From Planctopirus limnophila DSM 3776 (GTDB lineage: Bacteria > Planctomycetota > Planctomycetia > Planctomycetales > Planctomycetaceae): a DNA stretch of 32,000 nucleotides. The notes under the pieces are model-generated. The model had not been told where the DNA came from. It ran no database searches and saw nothing but the letters and a program-made list of their open reading frames with translations. Below, one piece after another: positions 27,253 through 32,000 of this stretch. Location: positions 3,360,001-3,392,000 of the forward strand of contig NC_014148.1 in assembly GCF_000092105.1 (NCBI RefSeq). The letters run 5' to 3'. The position numbers and the translations under genes were made by a program. Positions within the stretch are counted from its first letter, which is position 1; each line of letters opens with the position of its first letter.

Positions 27253-28275
27253 TTAGCCCGCCACGAACTCGTTGCCCACTTTGCGGGCTCTTTGAGGCTT
27301 ATCCACATTCACACCCAGCGCCATGCCGATCTCCACCAGCAGGTTCCAGCCTGCACACAGTTCGACAAACCCCGCCAGACTTCCCCCATCCGGAATCTGA
27401 ATGTTCGGGAACATCGTCTCGCGTGGCGAAATGGTCACGACGGTCAAGCCCACGCCCTTCACCAGCACATCCATGAACTTCTGTTCCGACTCAGCATATG
27501 GATTGATCCACACCACTACATCGTCGGCCTGCATGATCTCTTCAATCCCATGGACAGCATACGTCCCTTCCAGGAAATCGCTGGGCTTACGCGTGATTTC
27601 ATTGGTCTTGAGTGTCAGCTCTTCGGCGACACCATCATTCCGTCCTGCGAAGTAGATCGTCCTGGCCTTGGCCAGTTTCTCGATGATCTCGCGATCGATC
27701 GGCTGAGTCAGCACCTTCTGTACCTGATCGGCGAGTGTCGGCAACTGGCTCTTGAGATTCGACTCACCCGCCACAGCTTCGACCAGTGCCCGCACCACCA
27801 GAGCCTGTTCAATCACACTCTTGGTGGCTGCGACTGCACCTTCTTTACCACACTTCAGGACATGCCCGCGTTTGGCAAGAGCTTCTAATGGCGAAGCAGC
27901 CATCGCCGTCAAACTGTAGAGCGCGGGATGCCCGGCCCCTTTGAGCTGCGTAAACAGCCGGATGACTTCTGCTGTCTTGCCACTATTCGAAGCCGCCAGG
28001 ACTGCCCATTCGTTCAAGGCATAATCCTGCGACTGCCGACCAGCTTCTGTATGCAGCACACATGGCCAACCCTGCTGGCGGGAATACATGATGGCATTTT
28101 TCCCCGGGAAGAGTCGGCTCGATCCTTCGCCTGTCAGCAGCAATCGACCAGCCGAGCGCACTTCCTGGGCAGTCCCACTCACCACTTGAGGATCAAAATC
28201 ACGAATCACCTGGGGCACAGCCAGCATATCGGCCACAAGTCCAAACCCGGCATACGGCTCACGATCAGCAAACAT
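27253..28275 (-). CDS. SIS-domain sugar-phosphate isomerase/aminotransferase-like protein (GlmS isomerase-domain / AgaS-like, two SIS repeats)
   Basis: 340 aa. LLLTGEGSSRLFPG and AASNSGKTAEV (SIS phosphosugar-binding Ser/Thr loops), then a second SIS-like half (IYFAGRNDGVAEELTLKTNEI). Confidence 0.7.
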   Translation of the reverse strand: MFADREPYAGFGLVADMLAVPQVIRDFDPQVVSGTAQEVRSAGRLLLTGEGSSRLFPGKNAIMYSRQQGWPCVLHTEAGRQSQDYALNEWAVLAASNSGKTAEVIRLFTQLKGAGHPALYSLTAMAASPLEALAKRGHVLKCGKEGAVAATKSVIEQALVVRALVEAVAGESNLKSQLPTLADQVQKVLTQPIDREIIEKLAKARTIYFAGRNDGVAEELTLKTNEITRKPSDFLEGTYAVHGIEEIMQADDVVVWINPYAESEQKFMDVLVKGVGLTVVTISPRETMFPNIQIPDGGSLAGFVELCAGWNLLVEIGMALGVNVDKPQRARKVGNEFVAG

Positions 28276-28290
28276 GAAACACCTGTCAAA

Positions 28291-28386
28291 GTAGGGTCCG
28301 CTGTGCGGACCGTGTTAGATATCACCAAAGTTGAAAAAATGTCATTGGTAAACGGCGATGATTATGGTCCGCACAGCGGACCCTAC
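28291..28386. repeat. REPIN-like doublet: two inverted copies of a 21-nt hairpin element GTAGGGTCCGCTGTGCGGACC separated by 54 nt
   Basis: 28291-28311 is the exact reverse complement of 28366-28386. Each arm can itself fold (GGTCCGC-nnn-GCGGACC, 7-bp stem). The right arm overlaps the pfp stop codon (28383-28385). Confidence 0.75.
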
Positions 28387-29594
28387 GCCTTCCCCTTCTT
28401 CGCTGCCAGCACGCTGTAAGTCGGCAATTCGCCCACCAAAGGCTTCGCATAGTCCAAAAAGGCCTTCGTCACATCAAAGCCATCTTTGGAGATAAAGTTG
28501 TCCGGCATCGGACGCTCATGATTGGCAACTTCTCCCAAAGGAATCGTACCAAAACCAATCTGGTACGCGTCGGTCTTCTTCCCGACACGCTGCATCGTCA
28601 CCATCACGCCGCTGGTTCCCGCGAGAGCCAATCGAACAGCCTCTTTACCGCACGCATAGGCTTCATCGAGATCAAGCTTCAGCCCACGGTCTGCCGCACA
28701 CATCTGCAACGATTCCGTCACCTGGAATTCACCACGCCAGCCGAACTCATCCGAAATCATCCGATGGAGCATCATGGCCGCACTGGTTCCGCCCATCGCA
28801 CCAAACTCGACATTGTTAAACTTGTCACGAGTCTGTGAAGCACTGACCGGCTGTCCGTCGGCATCACGGATCCCTTCACCGCAGACAATCGAAACAAACC
28901 CGTGCTTCTCTTGAGCTTTCTTGACCACACTCAAAAATGCATCGCGAACAAAAGGGCGCTCCGGGAAGAGAATCACGTGCGGTGCTGTCAGACCGTTTCC
29001 TCGGGCACATGCCGCCGCTGCTGGCAGCCAACCCGCACTGCGTCCAACCGTCTGGAACACGACAAACTGATCGACGCGCTGCATGTCTTTCGCCAGAAGC
29101 CCACCCTGCAGCACACTCATGGCCACATAACGGGCCGCACTCGGAAAGCCAGGCGTATGATCAGTACCAAACAGATCATTGTCGACCGTCTTAGGCACAC
29201 CCACGCCAATCATCTCATGGCCGTTTTCCCCTGCATATTTCACGACACGGTGGATCGTATCCATCGTGTCGTTACCACCAATCATGAAGTAATAGCGGAT
29301 GTTGTACTTTTTCAGTTGCTTGAGCACTGCCGGAAAATGCTCATCCTTCAGCTTCAGGCGGCTCGAACCGAGTGCCGAACCTGGAGTTCCTCGCAATCCC
29401 TTCAAGACTGCCGCGTCTTCATTGGAAAAATCAACGAGGTGGTCACCCAGGACACCTTCAATGCCAAATCGCATGCCAAACACACGCTGAATGGGCTTGC
29501 TCTTCCGGGCTGTCTCCAGCACTCCCAGAAGCGATGTATTAATCACAGATGTCGGCCCACCCGATTGTCCAATCAGTGCATTGCCTGCGAGCAT
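28383..29594 (-). CDS. pfp: Pyrophosphate-dependent 6-phosphofructokinase (PPi-PFK, diphosphate--fructose-6-phosphate 1-phosphotransferase)
   Basis: IGQSGGPTSVINTSL, MIGGNDTMDT, GVPKTVDNDL and the MGG block identify the PFK-A family. Asp in GGxD and Lys in PKTxDND are the residues associated with PPi rather than ATP use. Confidence 0.85.
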   Translation of the reverse strand: MLAGNALIGQSGGPTSVINTSLLGVLETARKSKPIQRVFGMRFGIEGVLGDHLVDFSNEDAAVLKGLRGTPGSALGSSRLKLKDEHFPAVLKQLKKYNIRYYFMIGGNDTMDTIHRVVKYAGENGHEMIGVGVPKTVDNDLFGTDHTPGFPSAARYVAMSVLQGGLLAKDMQRVDQFVVFQTVGRSAGWLPAAAACARGNGLTAPHVILFPERPFVRDAFLSVVKKAQEKHGFVSIVCGEGIRDADGQPVSASQTRDKFNNVEFGAMGGTSAAMMLHRMISDEFGWRGEFQVTESLQMCAADRGLKLDLDEAYACGKEAVRLALAGTSGVMVTMQRVGKKTDAYQIGFGTIPLGEVANHERPMPDNFISKDGFDVTKAFLDYAKPLVGELPTYSVLAAKKGKA

Positions 29595-29658
29595 TTCGTT
29601 CCAAACCTTCCAGAAACTTCGTTAAGACCCTGAATTCCGACCCATCAATTCGATGCGA

Positions 29659-30429
29659 TCATCGCGTTGATTTGGCGACCCACTCCAGCATCTGCCGGAA
29701 AAACTGCGAATAGAGATTTCCCACTTCGATCGCTCCGGCTCCCGGAGCCTGTGACGTCACACGCTCGTCGCCCCAATCCACCAGTCCACCCACCCAGTGA
29801 GGTGCCACGTCACTGGCAAATGCAGCCACTCGCCCTGTACCCGCTTCTCCAACCACCAGAAGTGGGTGATGATCTGCGTGTTCCCAGGTCGTTTTCCCAT
29901 GCTCCAAGCTGAAAGTCGGCCGCCAGACGCGGGCCATCAGCAAGGTTTGAGCCTTAGCTTTAGCCGCGATGCGATTGAGGCCCCCAATGGTCGGCGGACG
30001 ATCTTCCCAAGGAAGATTCTGCAGAATCGGATGAGATACACTGTTGATCGCTGCTGGAATTGCCAACGTCGGCTGGTCAAAATTGATCCGGTCATCAGCA
30101 GATTTGATGTCCACCGGCAAGACTTCAGCCAATAAGGTCTGGTCCCAGTTCCCACCCAGACCATGGTAGCTTTCCCAGCCACCCAGCATCACCAATCCGC
30201 AGCCCGCCTTGACCATCGTCACCAGTTGATCGATGGCCTGTGCGGTCATTCGTTCCGCAGGATAATCACTCAGAATGACCAGATCTTGCTTTGCCAGCAG
30301 TTCACCAACATCCAGCCCGACATGACTGGGGATATAGTCAAACTCCCATTGCCACGAGGTCATCAGGCCCGCCAGATAACCAGCCGCCGTCTCCAGCGAA
30401 GTATCGCCGCAGTAAAGGACTCTGGTCAC
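29659..30429 (-). CDS. Class-I glutamine-amidotransferase-like fold protein (DUF1355/ThuA-like), function unknown
   Basis: 256-aa ORF with a GTG start. RVLYCGD...DLVILSDYPAERM...GCGLVMLGGWESYHG...VLPVD resembles the flavodoxin-like GATase1-like domain seen in planctomycete proteins. This is a by-eye assignment only. Confidence 0.45.
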   Translation of the reverse strand: MTRVLYCGDTSLETAAGYLAGLMTSWQWEFDYIPSHVGLDVGELLAKQDLVILSDYPAERMTAQAIDQLVTMVKAGCGLVMLGGWESYHGLGGNWDQTLLAEVLPVDIKSADDRINFDQPTLAIPAAINSVSHPILQNLPWEDRPPTIGGLNRIAAKAKAQTLLMARVWRPTFSLEHGKTTWEHADHHPLLVVGEAGTGRVAAFASDVAPHWVGGLVDWGDERVTSQAPGAGAIEVGNLYSQFFRQMLEWVAKSTR

Positions 30430-30893
30430 TGGCTACTACTCCTCATCTCAACAGGGCCGGCATCGATCATGTGGAAAACTTGACCACAGAAAACTGCACT
30501 TCCACCACACTTTTCAAACAGCCCGGAAGTCTAATTCACCAGAGCCGCGCATCGCAACCAAGCAACCGCACAGGGTCTATCAACATGACTTTTCGCACAA
30601 TAAATCTTCCAGAGATCACGCCCAGGAAGACGTTTTTCCGACTCTTTGGTTCGTCATTTGTCTTGAGTTCTCGATTCCGGTCAAAATGACCCCAGTTTTC
30701 CAAGTGGCCGATATGTTCCACGAAGACAAATCCATGAATTCCGCTGGAGTTCTTCCACCGATCAGCATGATCCCCCAGGAAATTCCAGACCTCAGCACCA
30801 TTGAACTACTCAAGTTCAGCAGAACTGGAGTAGAACTGTAACGACAGAATCCAGAGATTCTCCCGGTGGATCTTCTTCGAGTTCGGAGTTGGT

Positions 30894-32000
30894 ATGTGTG
30901 GTGTCGTTGGTTTTTACGCTCCTCAGGCCCCGATGCCGCTCCATGAGGCAGAGCATGTTCTCCGTCAGATGACCAACCGCCTCGAGCATCGCGGCCCGGA
31001 TGACGCCGGTTGCTGGATCGATGCGCAATCAGGCATTGCACTCGGTCAGACTCGACTGGCCATTGTCGATCTTTCACCACTTGGCCACCAACCGATGGAT
31101 TCTGCCAATGGCGAATGGACAATCGTCTTCAATGGAGAAATCTATAACTTTCACACACTCCGCCAGGAACTGGCCTCACTCGGAGTCACCTTCAAAGGCC
31201 ATTCCGATACCGAAGTGCTCGTCGAAGGTTTCAACATCTGGGGGGTTCGCCCCACCATCGAAAAATGCGTCGGTATGTTTGCCATCGCCGCCTGGAACCA
31301 TCGCGAGCGGGAACTCACTCTCGTCCGTGATCGACTGGGAAAAAAGCCCCTCTACTATGGCTGCATCGGTCAAACGTGGTTGTTTGCATCCGAACTCAAA
31401 GCTCTGCACCCTCACCCCCGCTTTGAACCAAGGCTCAACCGAAATGCCATTCCTCTCTACCTGAGGCATAACTACATCCCCGGCCCCTATTCCATCTACG
31501 AACACATCTGGAAACTACAGCCGGGAACCATCCTCACCATCAATGCCCAGGGCCAGTCCACAGGCCCGCAGACTTATTGGAGCATGCGCAAAGATGCCTC
31601 TGCCAAAGGTCTGGCCAATATCTTCCAGGGAACCTTCGACGAAGCCCTCCAGCAACTCGAACAACTGCTCGAGAACGCCATCGCACTGCGCATGATTGCC
31701 GATGTCCCCCTCGGTTCTTTTCTCTCTGGCGGCATCGATTCATCCCTCGTCACCGCTTTGATGCAGAAGGTGTCGTCCAAACCTGTCCGCACTTTCTCGA
31801 TTGGTTTTGAAGACCCAGCCTACGACGAAGCCCCCTTTGCCAAAGCGATCGCCCAGCACTTAAAAACTGATCACATCGAGCATATTGTCTCAGGCCGCGA
31901 AGCCCTGGATGTCATCCCGCTCCTCCCGGAAATGTTCGACGAACCATTTGCCGATTCATCACAAATCCCAACCTACCTCGTCTCAAAGCTCGCCAGACAA
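30894..32000 (+). CDS. asnB: Asparagine synthase (glutamine-hydrolysing), 3' end cut by window edge
   Basis: I translated 30894 to 32000 manually and found no stop. MCGVVGFYAP (Ntn Cys2), RLAIVDLS...QPM, FNGEIYNF, HSDTEVL, then FLSGGIDSSLVTALM (the SGGxDS PP-loop). It is absent from the ORF track only because it has no stop inside the window. Confidence 0.9.
   Translation, partial: MCGVVGFYAPQAPMPLHEAEHVLRQMTNRLEHRGPDDAGCWIDAQSGIALGQTRLAIVDLSPLGHQPMDSANGEWTIVFNGEIYNFHTLRQELASLGVTFKGHSDTEVLVEGFNIWGVRPTIEKCVGMFAIAAWNHRERELTLVRDRLGKKPLYYGCIGQTWLFASELKALHPHPRFEPRLNRNAIPLYLRHNYIPGPYSIYEHIWKLQPGTILTINAQGQSTGPQTYWSMRKDASAKGLANIFQGTFDEALQQLEQLLENAIALRMIADVPLGSFLSGGIDSSLVTALMQKVSSKPVRTFSIGFEDPAYDEAPFAKAIAQHLKTDHIEHIVSGREALDVIPLLPEMFDEPFADSSQIPTYLVSKLARQ

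Noticed and set aside
30686-30841. 51-aa ORF (MTPVFQVADMFHEDKSMNSAGVLPPISMIPQEIPDLSTIELLKFSRTGVEL) just upstream of the asparagine-synthase gene. I considered it as a lasso-peptide or RiPP precursor, because lasso cyclases are AsnB homologues.
   Set aside because: The downstream gene has an intact Ntn-glutaminase N-terminus (MCGVVG). It looks like a genuine glutamine-hydrolysing AsnB rather than a truncated lasso cyclase. The small ORF lacks a Thr-x-Gly leader/core junction with a macrolactam-forming Asp/Glu at core position 7-9. No B-protein or protease gene is visible.

Overview
This 32-kb window looks like bacterial chromosome. Gene content suggests a Planctomycetota-like genome (split gcvPA/gcvPB, ECF sigma/anti-sigma pair, FHA protein with a Pro/Tyr-rich tail, secreted prenyltransferase-repeat protein, PPi-type PFK), but that is inference only. 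I found no rRNA, tRNA or CRISPR by eye.

Most of the window is housekeeping:
- RluD-like pseudouridine synthase (5' partial) and a secreted alpha/beta-hydrolase.
- An orphan CheX-like gene that overlaps, convergently, a degenerate FAD/NAD oxidoreductase homologue.
- A TsaC(YwlC)-LMW phosphatase fusion translationally coupled to rpiB.
- gcvH-gcvPA-gcvPB followed by a lipoate-ligase-family gene, with no gcvT.
- FHA protein, ECF sigma and ZAS-type anti-sigma.
- ribE divergent from eno.
- On the minus strand: an LssY-like gene, a His-rich CDF exporter, a second LplA-family gene, a SIS-domain gene, PPi-PFK and a GATase1-like gene.
- asnB (3' partial).

The stand-out region is 18.5-24.2 kb. It holds a co-directional gene pair: a 325-aa protein with no motif I recognise, then a 1050-aa protein with two independent P-loop NTPase modules joined by poly-proline linkers. 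The N-terminal module is AAA/ORC-like and the C-terminal module is HerA/FtsK-like. Much of this interval is noticeably GC-rich. A HUH/Y1 RAYT-type transposase gene follows immediately, bracketed by a perfect 33-bp inverted repeat of hairpin-forming REP-like elements. Next to that is an orphan double zinc-ribbon ORF. I flag the gene pair as the best candidate for an uncharacterised NTPase-driven (possibly conflict or defence) system. All family assignments come from motif reading by eye; no searches were run.
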